A stretch of DNA of 64,000 nt, from NCBI GenBank assembly GCA_963758635.1, contig CAVWWD010000007.1:1-64000 (forward strand). The letters are read 5' to 3'. Both the position numbers and the translations under genes were made by a program. Below are positions 22,103 through 32,771 of the stretch, piece after piece (positions within the stretch are counted from its first letter, which is position 1; each line of letters starts with the position of its first letter). The notes below the pieces were generated by a model, which made no database searches, was not told where the DNA came from, and saw nothing but the letters and a program-made list of their open reading frames with translations. The DNA comes from an uncultured Candidatus Rokubacteria bacterium (GTDB lineage Bacteria > Methylomirabilota > Methylomirabilia > Rokubacteriales > CSP1-6).

Positions 22103-23711
22103 TCACTTGTCGAGCCACGCGAACATCAGCTTCTGCCCGAGGCCGAAGCCGTCGTGCGGCTTGAAGCCCTTGAGGTGGGGCGGGTGCACGAGATAGGCGG
22201 CGATGCTCGGCAGGTACACGTAGTACGCCTTGTCGGCGACGTAGCGCTGGATCTCGTGGACGATCTCCAGGCGCCGCTTGGGATCCAGCTCGCGGCGCTG
22301 GGCCACCAGCATCTTGCTGAGCTGGGCGTCCGCCACGTTGCTCCGGTTGTTGGGCTGCTCGGGGTGGAAGGCGCCGTAGAGCCAGTCGTCCACCTCGGTG
22401 AACGGCGTGATGGGCCCGATGGCCATCTTCTCGAACTTGCCCAGGTACGTCGTCGAGATGTACTTGCCGTACTCCTCGGGCTTGAGCTCCACGGTGACGC
22501 CGACCCGCCCCAGGTTGTCGGCGAGCAGGTCGTAGTAGCTCCGCCACGTGGGGCTGTAGCCCGGCCAGTGGAAGGCCGGCGTGCTGAAGCCGCGGGGGAA
22601 TCCGGCCTCGGCCAGGAGCTTCTTCGCCTCGGCGGGGTCGTAGCCCGTGAGGTACCTGGCCTTGGCGGGCTCCATCTGGGCGGCGTCGAGCTTCCACTCC
22701 TTCATGCCGCACGGCACGGGGCCGCCGTCGGTGCACCCCTCGCCGAAGAGCAGCGCGTCGTTCCACCCCTTGCGGTCGATGGCGAGCGAAACGGCGCGAC
22801 GCACGCGGACGTCATTGAACGGCGGCTGGTCCGTCCGCATGTAGACGATCCCCTGGTTGATCACCGGGCTGCGGACCACGATCATCTCCGGGTTGGTCTT
22901 CTGGACGGACTTCGCCTCGTCGACGGCGTGCAGCCCGGTGATCGCGCTCAGGTCCACCTTCCCCGCGCGCAGTAGGGACAGCCGCGCCGAGGTGTCGGGG
23001 GTGATCTCCAGCACCACGCGGTCCAGGTAGGGCAGGCCCTTCACGAAGTAATCGGGGTTCCGCTCGAAGGTGACCTTGATGCCCTTCTCGTAGGAGCGGA
23101 GGATGAAGGGCCCCGTGCCGATCACCGAGTCCGGATGGTTGAAGTCCTTGAACTTCTCCTCGGCCTCGCGGGCCAGGATGGGCGTGTACGTCTGGTTGGC
23201 CAGGTGGTTGAGGAGCGGCGCGAAGGGCTCCTTGAGGGTGATCCGGACCGTGTACCGGTCCACCGCCTCGATCGACTGGACGGGCTCGAAGCGCGCCTTG
23301 AAGCCCGGACTTGGCCATGAACCGCTCGAGCGAGTACTTGACGTCCTCGGCGGTGACCTCGCGGCCGTTCACCGGGGGCTTGGGGTGGAACTTCACGCCC
23401 TTCCGGAGCTGGAACACCAGGGTCGTGGGGTTCTTGTACTCCCACTTCTCGGCGAGGTCCGGGACGATCGTGAAGTCTCCCGGGTGCTTCTGCTCGGGGC
23501 CGTAGGCGAACCGCACGAGCTGGCTGTAGACCATGCTGCTGTAGCCCTGGGTGAGGAAGCTCACCGACAGGTGGGGGTCGAGGTTGGGCGCCTCGCGCTC
23601 GGCCATGCGGAGGGTCCCGCCCCGCTTGGGCGTCTGGGCTCCACGCGGGCTCGGCGGCGAAGGACACGGCAGCGAGCAGCGCGAGCGATCCGAGGGCGAT
23701 CGTCGAAGCAT
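22103..23711 (-). CDS. ABC substrate-binding protein, family 5 (paralog of 20463-22073; frameshifts near 23640 and 23310)
   Basis: Same motifs split over three frames. Confidence 0.88.
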
Positions 23712-24421
23712 GGCGCCTCCTCCGCTGGAGGGCGGCTCCCGCGCCGCCCCGTAGCTCGGGGAACCGGTCGTGACGACGGGCGCAGCGTGCCCCTATCTTC
23801 ATCAAACGTCGGTCCTTGTCAAGGCGGCCGCTGTCCATGTCCCCCCGTCGAGGACAAGAACATTCGCCGGGTCGGGAAGGCGTGGGGGATGAGAGCGGAC
23901 GCATACTTCGCGACGGTACCGTCGTGACGAAGGCAGGGGCATTCCGAGGAGATCGAGGTGCCGGTCAACGACTACGTGCTGATCACACCAGGGGCGAGGC
24001 GTCTGGCCGTTGAGATAGGCGCCGGCGCTTCGGCTACGAGCGGGTCGTGGAAGCCCGCCCGGCGCCCTGATGCATCGAAGGCGGCCTGCCCACGGCGCGG
24101 GCGATGTTCGCGGACATCGGCATGCCGCGCCAGCTGGCCGCCGCCGAGGCCGAGCTGCAGCTGGCGGGCGTGTCGGCGGCGCGGGCCTGGGCCGGGGGCT
24201 CGGACGCAGGCGAGGGTATCTTCTTCGAAGGTCAGGAAGGGGCCGATCGAGTTCCGGCCCCAGCCGCCGCCGACCGATGACGAGGTCGGCGGCGGCAGGG
24301 GCGGCGCAGTGCCACACGGGTGCAGCGCCGGCTCCGGCGCCGCGGGCTCGATCCCAGGGGGGCCGACCGGATCCAGGCGTATCTGCTGGTCGACGAATCG
24401 GCTGGGGCGTTCACACCCCGC

Positions 24422-24829
24422 TCAGTCGAATCCCCACACCTTGAGCGTGGCCGTCGGTGCGCTACCAACGATCGCGTACTCGACCGTCACCGACTTGAGC
24501 CGGCCCTTGCGTCCCGGCGCATCCTTCGGAGTCGTCTGCCCTCCGGCCTTCACGACTCCGATGCCCGTGATCGTCGCGTCGGGACGATTGTCCCAGCTAA
24601 GGACGACCTTCTTGATGTCCACGTCAGCGCCATCGACACCGAGCCTCACCTGCTTGACGTCCTTCGTCCACCGACCGCCTTGGCTCTTGACCGTCACCCC
24701 TTTGTCGACCGATTTGATCGTCTGCTCGCTGAGCACGAACCACTCGTCCGCAGCGCTGGCGCTGCCCACGGCGCCCATGAGGACGACGGACGCGATTACC
24801 AGAGGAGTCACCCAGTGTCGAACTTTCAT
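24422..24829 (-). CDS. Secreted protein, DUF2541/YaaI-like
   Basis: Signal peptide ending ASA-A, W.VL start, beta-rich body ending in VWG; AGGAG RBS. Confidence 0.65.
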   Translation of the reverse strand: MKVRHWVTPLVIASVVLMGAVGSASAADEWFVLSEQTIKSVDKGVTVKSQGGRWTKDVKQVRLGVDGADVDIKKVVLSWDNRPDATITGIGVVKAGGQTTPKDAPGRKGRLKSVTVEYAIVGSAPTATLKVWGFD

Positions 24830-25267
24830 TGTTCTCCGCTCCTTCCTCATCTCCGTCAGCCGAAGATGGGTTCCCGCTTGGCGCCTGCTCCGATGCAGGC
24901 GGTGAGAGGGGCGCGATGGCATTCACGACTCATTGCCGGCCCCGGTTAGGCCAGGGATCTCTGGTGAGAGTGTCCCTACCCCTCCTTTCTCTGCCCGGTA
25001 TCGGGGACAAAGTGATTGACCGCTCCCGCAAGACTAGCGGGACGCGGTCGGCAAGGCAAGGCATTAAGACCTTCAGCCTATGCCGCAATCGACCGGCCGC
25101 ATCCGACCAAGGTCCCATTGCCCGGCACTGCGACGCCGGGGGAAGGCACTGGGGGAGGCCGTTTCGCATGGAAACGCGCCCGAGTGGGGGCAGAGTGACG
25201 TGTGCCCGGGTGTCGTCGATGGTCGCCGGCGCGACCAGCAACGGTCGAGCCAAGAGAGGTGCCGCGC

Positions 25268-25858
25268 ATGAAGCGTGCCCGAGGGTGGTTCGTGAGTACG
25301 TTGGCTGGTGGTCTGCTCGTCGTCGTTCCGGTGTACCTCGCGGTATTGCTGCTCCTCAAGGCCATGCAGTCGGTCATGGCCCTGGTGCGGCCGCTTGCGA
25401 AGCTCCTCCCGAGCTGGCTCCCCGCTGACCAACTCCTCTCGCTGCTCCTCGTGTTGAGCCTCTGCTTCCTCGTCGGCCTTGGCGTCCGCACTCCGACGGG
25501 GCAAGCGATGCGGGAGCGGATCGAGAAGTCTCTCTTCGAGAGAATCCCCGGCTACGCGCTCTTTCGGAGCTTGACCCAGCGACTGGCCGGAGAGAGTCGT
25601 GAGAACGTGTGGAAGCCGGCGCTGGCCGAGATCGAGGACGCTCTGGTGCCGGCCTTCATCATCGAGGAGCTGCCGGACGGGAGGTTCACGGTCTTCGTCC
25701 CCTCGATCCCCACGCCACTGGCTGGCGCCGTGTATGTCCTCGCCCGGGACCGAGTGCATCCCCTGGACGTCCCCTTCACGCAGGCGATCCAGACCGTCTC
25801 TCGGTGGGGATCAGGGGCCAAGGACCTGGTCGCGGCGATGAAAGAGCCCAGCCGCTGA
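25268..25858 (+). CDS. DUF502 domain membrane protein
   Basis: GGLLVVVP, RIPGY and TVFVPSIPTPLAG motifs. Confidence 0.8.
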   Translation: MKRARGWFVSTLAGGLLVVVPVYLAVLLLLKAMQSVMALVRPLAKLLPSWLPADQLLSLLLVLSLCFLVGLGVRTPTGQAMRERIEKSLFERIPGYALFRSLTQRLAGESRENVWKPALAEIEDALVPAFIIEELPDGRFTVFVPSIPTPLAGAVYVLARDRVHPLDVPFTQAIQTVSRWGSGAKDLVAAMKEPSR

Positions 25859-25969
25859 GGCCACGGGTCAAAGCGGTGTGGGACCAAGGTCCGTATGTGA
25901 CAGTCGCCGCCCATCTGGTATTTGCGATGAGGACAGTGCCCAATACCCCTTCTCAGGAGGAGGCGGACA

Positions 25970-26656
25970 ATGCTGACACGACGTGGACGATGCTCGCTCT
26001 GGCTCTTGGTGGCAGCCTGCGTGGTCGTGGGAGCGACGGGTTGTGCTTCGAGCTCCCCGAGCCAGGCAAAGGCCGTGACCGACATATACGGCATCGCGGG
26101 GCGGTGGCTCGGCACCTGTAACCTCGGCTCCGGGCTCGAGCCCTGCAACATCGACATCGGGCAGGACGGCTACTTCAACGCCCGCGCCGGGGCGGTCAAC
26201 ATCCTCGGGCGGGCAACCGTCGCGGGCGGCCGCGGCACGTTTGACGCCGGCACGGTTGCCGGTGACATGACCGTGTACGAGACCAATGCCTGCCGGCGGC
26301 AGATGGTCGTGAAGGGCTCGAAGGGGGCGGCGACCGGGGAGCTCAACCAGGATGGCGCCACGGCCAGGCGGGTGAGCAGCCTCACCGAGGTCGCCGGGAG
26401 GTGGGTCGGGACCTGCGACCTCGGCAGCGGGCCGGTATCCTGCGTCATCATCATCGGCCCGGACGGGACCTTCGGAGGCAGCGCGGGAGCGACCAACGCC
26501 ACCGGGAAGGTGGCGGTGTCCAACGGCAGGGCCGTGTTCGATCTCGGTCCGACGGGCGGCGGCGACGTCGTGCTGCACGACGGCGCGGGCTGCAAGCGCC
26601 AGATCGCCGTGGTCGGCTCCCGGGGCGTCGCCAGGGGTGTCTTGACAGCAGAGTAG
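25970..26656 (+). CDS. Lipoprotein with two tandem ~88-aa Cys-containing beta-rich repeats
   Basis: AGGAGGAGG RBS, ATGC lipobox; repeats AGRWLGTCNLGSG... and AGRWVGTCDLGSG... Confidence 0.8.
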   Translation: MLTRRGRCSLWLLVAACVVVGATGCASSSPSQAKAVTDIYGIAGRWLGTCNLGSGLEPCNIDIGQDGYFNARAGAVNILGRATVAGGRGTFDAGTVAGDMTVYETNACRRQMVVKGSKGAATGELNQDGATARRVSSLTEVAGRWVGTCDLGSGPVSCVIIIGPDGTFGGSAGATNATGKVAVSNGRAVFDLGPTGGGDVVLHDGAGCKRQIAVVGSRGVARGVLTAE

Positions 26657-26948
26657 TTGCCCCGAGTCCGGACGGGGCGCGCGCCGCGTATCCGCGGCGG
26701 CGCCCCGGACGACTATCACCTGCCCTGAGGGAGTACGTCCCACGCCGAGCCGACCCGGCAAGCGCGGGCGGCGGGCTGCATGGGCTCATCCTCGGATGCT
26801 AATGAGCTCCGGGCCTCTTGTTTCCTGACAGCTGTCGGCTAGTTGAACACCGGGTCACTTCGACCCATTTCGGCTGGGGCTTGGACAACATCCCTCTGCG
26901 CTCGCCAGTCCGCCATCCTCCTGATTTGGTCGGAACAGCGTGAAATCC

Positions 26949-27042
26949 GTCGAAAATTTTTACAATTCCGCCGCTAGGGGTATTGCCCGACGGCGGCAAC
27001 TGCCAGGAAACAAATAAGACTCGTCGTGGCTTGGAATTGGCA
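26949..27042 (+). promoter_or_regulatory. Enhancer (GTCG-N6-TTTAC) plus sigma54 -24/-12 promoter
   Basis: GTCGAAAATTTTTACA at 26949 and TGGCTTGGAATTGGCA (GG-N10-GC) at 27027-27042. Confidence 0.55.
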
Positions 27043-27159
27043 GAGCCGGAAAGACTCTTCGGGCGCCGGGTTCACCCGGTGTCGGGTGCGCGTTGGTCTG
27101 ATTCACGTGGTCTTCGATCCGAGACAAGGGTTGCTCCACAACGCAGGAGGAGGATCTCG

Positions 27160-28568
27160 ATGAGCGCATGCAGGAGTGTTTGGGCAGTCTCGCTCGCCAT
27201 GGTGGCGATGGTCGCGTCCGTCCAGCCCGCGACAGGCAGTTGAGTTCGATTGGAGCCAGAACGGCGGGTTCGTCTTCCCGGGTCCCAATGCGAACGGGAC
27301 CCTCCGAGCGGGGTCAGCTTTCGGCGGCGGGGCCACGCCGATAGCCGGCAACGGGGGACTCGAATTCTCCGGTCAGCAGCTCGGCGCGAACGATCCCGCG
27401 GGTACGTACAGCCAGATCATGTGGGGATGCGTGCCCGACGGGAACCCCGGGCCCGGGACGAACTGCGTCAATGGCGGCACGCTCGCGAACGTGCAGGTAA
27501 ACGGCGGTGCCGAGACGGCGATTCCCAACGATGACCTCACCGTCACCCCCCCTGTCTTCGGGGGTCGCAGCGCGCTCCAGGTGCGGACGTTCGACAGTGG
27601 GGCGTCGGGGGTACTGGATTCGACTGCCGGAGAGGCAGGTGCCGTCCGCCTCGCGAGGATCAACCACCTCAACCGCACGCTCGACAGTGCATCCAACACG
27701 CTGAAGGCCATCTCGACTCTAGCGAGGATGGTGGTTACCGGCGCCTCCCCAGCGGTGCCCGACAACACGGTCGCCATTACCTTCACGGAGACCCCGAACC
27801 TCGGCCCCTGTCCGTCGCCGAATCCACTCGGGTCGACGTGCGACGACATCTTCACATTTGTGGGTGATTTCCAGGACGTCCCCTTCCAGAACGTCGGCGG
27901 GCAGACCTTCTTCCTTCAGTTCAGACTGCGGCCTCCGGCGGAGTGCACCCTGGACCACCTTGACGGAACCATCGAGATCTTCAACTGCCCCGACGACCCG
28001 TCGACGCTGGACAAGAACGAAGCGCACCAGGTCGCGATCGACTTCGCCACTGGCAGGGCTTGGTCCCCGGAAGGCTTCGATAACGCGTTCGAGGTCTGGG
28101 CATTCCTGACCGAGGCGCCCATCAGCACGGGTGACGATGGCTGCACCCCGGGCTACTGGAAGCAGAGCCAGCACTTCGGGTCGTACGCGGCTCCGTTCTC
28201 GCCGACCCAGACCATGACTCAACGCGTTCGCGGGCTTCGGCGGCACCCCGAACTTCCCGAAGGTCAAGAACAAGGCGGACATCGACGAGAGCACGATCAC
28301 GCTCCAGCAGGCGCTGAGCCAGGGCGGGGGCGACACGAACGCCCTGCTGCGGCATTTCATCGCGGCCGTGCTCAACGCCGCCAACAACAACGTCAACTCC
28401 CAGTACGAGAACATCCAGGAGATCGTCACCGCGGTGAAGGCGGTCCTGGCCGGTCAGACGGCCACGCTCGGCGGTCAGCAGTACAACACCGTCGATGCGC
28501 TCAAGAATGCTCTCGCGGCGTCGAACGAGGGCGGCTGCCCGCTCGGGCGGGATCCTGGAGACATCTAG
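27160..28568 (+). CDS. Secreted/surface protein (choice-of-anchor K/THxN-like N-terminal region, C-terminal GCTPGYWKQ domain; frameshifts near 27233 and 28220)
   Basis: AGGAGGAGG RBS, signal peptide, RINHLN and FTETPN..C...C.DIF motifs, GCTPGYWKQ..H...LLRHFIAAVLN. Confidence 0.65.
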
Positions 28569-28610
28569 CAGTTAGCTGGAGCGGCTAGCTCGCGCTAGCC
28601 GGAGCAGGCA

Positions 28611-28654
28611 AACGGGGCCGTCATCCGAAAGGGTGGCGGCCCCCGTTGGCTTTT
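28611..28654 (+). terminator. Intrinsic terminator
   Basis: AACGGGGCCGTCATCC-GAAA-GGGTGGCGGCCCCCGTT followed by GGCTTTT, between convergent genes. Confidence 0.75.
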
Positions 28655-28686
28655 CCACGTGGCGGGCCCGGCGCGTGGGACGGCGG

Positions 28687-29541
28687 TCATGCAGAAGCCG
28701 TCGGGGGAAACTGGCCGGGCCGGCGCCCGGGGCCGGGGGGACCGGCGTAGGCCTGGGCGCGGAGCATCCATTCCTCGGCGACGGATCCGCTGACGGCGAG
28801 GCGCGTGTCGGCCACGTGGCGGCGGCGCGTCACGACCAGGCAGAAGTCCAGCGCGGGGCCGGTCACGCGATCCACGGCCTCGACGTCTCCCCAGCTCCAG
28901 ACGCTCCCCCCGGGGCTCACCACCTCCACCCTCACGTCCACGGTGGGCGCGGGGCGTCCCTGGTTCGTGAACGAGTAGACGCGCGTGATCACGCCCAGGT
29001 GCGCCACGTGGCGCAACCGGTCCGTGGGCTCGCGCGTCACCCCGAGGGCGTCGACCACGTCCTGACCGTGGCCCCACGTCTCCTCGAGGCGGGCGGTGGC
29101 GAAGGACCGGGCGCTCATGGACGGCCCGAACCAGGGCAGGCGCGCTCGCGCGTCGAGCCGGCGAAACGCCTCGACCATCGCCGCCCGCGACAGCCGCCAC
29201 CAGTGAAGGAGCTGTCGGCCCGACATGGCGCGGCCGATGGCGAGCTGGCGCTGCTGGCGCTCGCCCCGCGGCACCGCGGCCAGGTCGCTCGTGAAGCCGT
29301 CGGGCTCGGCGGCGGCCAGGTAGGCGGCGACGTCGGAGTAGGCGAGGTGCGCGATCTGATCGCGCACCGACCAGCCCTCGGCGGGTGTGGGCAGGCTCCA
29401 CTGCGCCTCGTCGAGACCGGCGACGATGGCGTCCAGCGCCGCGTGCTCGGCGGCGAGGTCGTCGCAGAGCTCGGCCATGTCGCCGCGGCCGTCGGCGGGC
29501 CCGCCCCGTGGCTGGGCCGTGTCGCGGTCGGTCGGACTCAT
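28687..29541 (-). CDS. TIGR03084-like MDMPI-family metal-binding protein
   Basis: TPAEGWSVRDQIAHL, PWFGPSM, ARLEETWGHGQD, VTRRRH. Confidence 0.82.
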   Translation of the reverse strand: MSPTDRDTAQPRGGPADGRGDMAELCDDLAAEHAALDAIVAGLDEAQWSLPTPAEGWSVRDQIAHLAYSDVAAYLAAAEPDGFTSDLAAVPRGERQQRQLAIGRAMSGRQLLHWWRLSRAAMVEAFRRLDARARLPWFGPSMSARSFATARLEETWGHGQDVVDALGVTREPTDRLRHVAHLGVITRVYSFTNQGRPAPTVDVRVEVVSPGGSVWSWGDVEAVDRVTGPALDFCLVVTRRRHVADTRLAVSGSVAEEWMLRAQAYAGPPGPGRRPGQFPPTASA

Positions 29542-29569
29542 CGGCGGCGGGAACGGGCCGCCCGTGCGC

Positions 29570-30580
29570 TCAGCGCGCGCGGCACGCCGCGCCTGGCGCG
29601 TAGACCTCGGGGTTCACGACGTGCAGCGGCCGCTCCCGGGTGAGCACCCGCGCCACCTCCTCGCCGCAGCGCCGCGGCACCTGGGCCACCGCGGCCGACG
29701 AGAAGTACGCGGCGTGCGGCGTGGCGAGCACGTTGTCCATGGCGAGGAGCGGGTGGTCGGCGGTCACCGGCTCCTGCTCCCACACGTCGAGCGCGGCGCC
29801 GGCCAGCCGCTTGTCGCGGAGCGCCCGGATCAGCGCCTGCTCGTCCACCACCGGTCCTCGCGCGGTGTTCACGAGGATGGCCGTGGGCTTCATGCGGCGG
29901 AAGAAGGCCTCGCCGATCAGGTGGTGGGTCTCCGCGTTGAGGAGCGTGTGCACCGAGACGTAGTCCGACCGCGCGGCGAGCTCATCCAGCGACACCCGCT
30001 CCACGCCGAGGGCGGCGAAGCGGCCGTCGTCCACGTACGGATCGTGAGCGATCACGCGGGTCTCGAACGCGGCGATCCGCCGCGCGAAGGCGCTGCCGAT
30101 GTTCCCGAGCCCGACGATGCCGACGGTCTCCCCGTGGAGCGATCCGGTGTGGGGCCCGGGCACGCCGGAGGTCCACACACCCGCGTGGATCTGGCGGTCG
30201 AGGGTGGCGATCTTCCGGTTCCACGCCAGCAGCAAGGCGAGGGCATGGTTGGCGACCTCGCGCACCCAGATGTCGGGCACGTTCACCACGATCACCCCGA
30301 GCTCGGTGGCGGCGGGCACGTCGATCACGTCGTAACCGACGCCGGTCCGCACCACCACCTTCAGTCCCTCGAGCGCGCCCATCGCGCCGCGGCTGACCGG
30401 GGTGGCGGATACGATGAGCGCGTCGGCGTCGCGCGCGCGGTCGATCAGCTCGGCCTCGTCGCCGATGAACGGCAGCGCGGTCACGCGGGCGGGAACGTGG
30501 GCGACGGCGGCCTGGGTGTCCGAGTAGTCGCGCTGGCCGCGGCCCTGGATGACATAGACCTGGGACGGTCGATCGGGCAT
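29570..30580 (-). CDS. D-isomer-specific 2-hydroxyacid dehydrogenase (CtBP-like)
   Basis: GVGYD, GLGNIG, VNTARG, LDVWEQEP, TPHAA. Confidence 0.92.
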   Translation of the reverse strand: MPDRPSQVYVIQGRGQRDYSDTQAAVAHVPARVTALPFIGDEAELIDRARDADALIVSATPVSRGAMGALEGLKVVVRTGVGYDVIDVPAATELGVIVVNVPDIWVREVANHALALLLAWNRKIATLDRQIHAGVWTSGVPGPHTGSLHGETVGIVGLGNIGSAFARRIAAFETRVIAHDPYVDDGRFAALGVERVSLDELAARSDYVSVHTLLNAETHHLIGEAFFRRMKPTAILVNTARGPVVDEQALIRALRDKRLAGAALDVWEQEPVTADHPLLAMDNVLATPHAAYFSSAAVAQVPRRCGEEVARVLTRERPLHVVNPEVYAPGAACRAR

Positions 30581-30702
30581 GGAGGCTCCGTTCGTGCTGC
30601 GAGAATGAGCGGCGTCGGAACCGAAACCGGGTCACGCCCCCGCGCAACGCAACAGCGGGGTCAGACCCTCGCGCAACACTCTCACCCAGCCGTCCCGAGC
30701 TG

Positions 30703-31128
30703 TCAACGCCGTGCGCCGTCGGCCGGCGCCGGCGTGTCGAAATCCCCGGGCTGCGGAGGCCGGAACAGCAGGTCGAAGGCGAGCCAGCAGAGCTTCGAGA
30801 TGGGGTACAGCGCGATCGGCGCCAGGATCATCGCGGCGATGCCGCCCACGTAGATGGCCGGCCACGGCGGAGCGGGGTACGTCGTGTAGATCACGGCGAG
30901 GAGGCCGACCGCGAAGATGCCTTCCGCGAACGCCATGTTGAAGACCATGGCGCCCAGGAAGTAGTCGTGCTCGCCGCGGTCGAGGCGCAGCCGGCAGCGC
31001 GGGCAGACGTCCAGGAGGTACAGCCAGCGCCGGGTGACGGGACGATGGCCGCAGTGCGGGCAGCGACCAGCGAGCGCCCGCAGGAACATCCGCGCGCCGC
31101 CCGCCCGCTTCGCCCGCTCCTCGGCCAT
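30703..31128 (-). CDS. DUF983 domain protein
   Basis: CPHCG..CPRC Zn ribbon followed by two transmembrane segments. Confidence 0.75.
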   Translation of the reverse strand: MAEERAKRAGGARMFLRALAGRCPHCGHRPVTRRWLYLLDVCPRCRLRLDRGEHDYFLGAMVFNMAFAEGIFAVGLLAVIYTTYPAPPWPAIYVGGIAAMILAPIALYPISKLCWLAFDLLFRPPQPGDFDTPAPADGARR

Positions 31129-31152
31129 GTCCGCCCTGGCCGGGCCGGCGGT

Positions 31153-32685
31153 CTACTTCCCGGCGAGCGTCATCTCCGCGACGATCAGCCGGTAGTCGGC
31201 GCGCGGCTTGAAGCTCACGCGCTTGCTGGTGCCGTAGACCACGAGCTCCTGGAACAGGTCGAGCGAGGGCTTCTCCTCGTTGCGGATCTCGATGGCCTCC
31301 GCGTAGAGCGCCTTCCGCTTCTTCGCGTCCAGCGTGTAGCGCGCCTCCTCCATGAGGTCGTGGAACCGCTGGCCGGGCTGGCTGCCGATCCAGTACTTGC
31401 CGCTGAAGCCGTTGGGATGCCAGATGCGCCACAGCGACCCGTCGGCGTCGAGGAGCGTGGACTGCGGGTTGCCCAGCAGCATGCCGTTGGGCGGCACGGC
31501 GCGGTCGTTCAGCATGCGCTGGCGGGCGCCCATCTCCATCATCTCCACCTTCCCGCGGATGCCGACCTTCGACCACATGTCGGCGATGACCTCGAGCAGG
31601 GCCTTGTCGTTGACCATGGTGCCGGTGCCCGCGTAGAGCGTCACGTCCACGCCGCTCGCCCGGCCGGCGTCGGCAAGGAGCTTCTTCGCCTTCGCGGGGT
31701 CGTACGGGTACGGCTTGACCGCCGGGTTGTGGCCGAAGTCCACGTCGGCCACGCCGCCCGAGAGCAGCTTGCCCTGGCCCGCGTAGATGTTCTTGATGAT
31801 CGCGGGCACGTCAACGGCGTACTGCAGCGCCTGGCGCACCCGCTTGTCGCTGAGCGGCGCCTGCGTCGAGTTGAACGCGAACGTCACGATCCGCGTGGCC
31901 GGCACGGTGAGGAGCCGCGTGCTCTTGCCGTCCGCGATGGCCTGCGAGCGGTCGGGCGGCACGTTGGTGATGATGTCCACGTCGCCCTTCTCCAGCGCGA
32001 CCAGGCGCGGGAAGTCGTCGGGGATGGGCTTCCACACGATGCGCTCGATCGCGGGCTTCTTGCCCTCCCAGCCCCACCACTCGCGGTTGACCTCCATGAC
32101 GAGCCGCTCGTCCTTCACCCACTCGACGAACTTGTAGGCGCCCGTTCCCACCGGCCGGCGCGCGAGCTCCTTCACGCCGTCGTCGGTGGTGAGGCGCGCG
32201 GGCAGGATCTGCGCGCCCATCTGGGCCACGCGGACCAGGAGCAGCGGGTCGGGCTTCTTCGAGGCGATCCGCACCGTGGTCGGGTTCAGGACCTGGACCG
32301 ACTCGATGGTGGTGAACCCGGCGTTCACCACCGTCTTGCCCGGGGCGAGGTTCCGGTCGAGCGTGGCCTTCACGTCGTCGGCGGTGAGCGGCGTGCCGTC
32401 GTGGAACTTCACGCCCTGGCGCAGGGTGAAGTCCCACGTGGTGTCGTTCACCTGCTTCCACGACGTGGCGAGCCCGGGCTGGAGCTTGAGCGCCCCGTCC
32501 CACCGCGTCAGCGTGTCGTAGAGGTTGATGAAGTAGTTGACGGTGAGGACCTGGGTGCTGCGCCCCGGGTCCATCGTGGTGGCCTCGGCGGGCTGGCTGA
32601 TGACGATCTGCGCCGGCGTCTGGGCCGGCGCCGGCCCGGGCAGGCCGAGGACGATGGCGAGGAGCGCGATGACGACGAGGGGCAT
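31153..32685 (-). CDS. ABC substrate-binding protein, family 5
   Basis: Signal peptide, PGLATSW, LRQGVKFHDG, GTGAY, DKRVRQA. Confidence 0.92.
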   Translation of the reverse strand: MPLVVIALLAIVLGLPGPAPAQTPAQIVISQPAEATTMDPGRSTQVLTVNYFINLYDTLTRWDGALKLQPGLATSWKQVNDTTWDFTLRQGVKFHDGTPLTADDVKATLDRNLAPGKTVVNAGFTTIESVQVLNPTTVRIASKKPDPLLLVRVAQMGAQILPARLTTDDGVKELARRPVGTGAYKFVEWVKDERLVMEVNREWWGWEGKKPAIERIVWKPIPDDFPRLVALEKGDVDIITNVPPDRSQAIADGKSTRLLTVPATRIVTFAFNSTQAPLSDKRVRQALQYAVDVPAIIKNIYAGQGKLLSGGVADVDFGHNPAVKPYPYDPAKAKKLLADAGRASGVDVTLYAGTGTMVNDKALLEVIADMWSKVGIRGKVEMMEMGARQRMLNDRAVPPNGMLLGNPQSTLLDADGSLWRIWHPNGFSGKYWIGSQPGQRFHDLMEEARYTLDAKKRKALYAEAIEIRNEEKPSLDLFQELVVYGTSKRVSFKPRADYRLIVAEMTLAGK

Positions 32686-32771
32686 GAGGTGATCTCCTTT
32701 GGCGTGCCGCTCAGGAACGTCCACGAGGCTGAGACCCGAACCCGCCTTGACCATGACCGGTCCTCCCGCCG

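Noticed and set aside
24930..25250. Possible riboswitch or ncRNA (hairpin near 25018-25049)
   Set aside because: Only one hairpin and no recognisable family motif; more likely divergent promoter DNA.
18295..27029. Identical 15-mer TAAGACTCGTCGTGG at 18295 and 27015 as att sites
   Set aside because: A 15-bp match is plausible by chance in 64 kb, there is no integrase, and each copy overlaps a separately explained regulatory motif.
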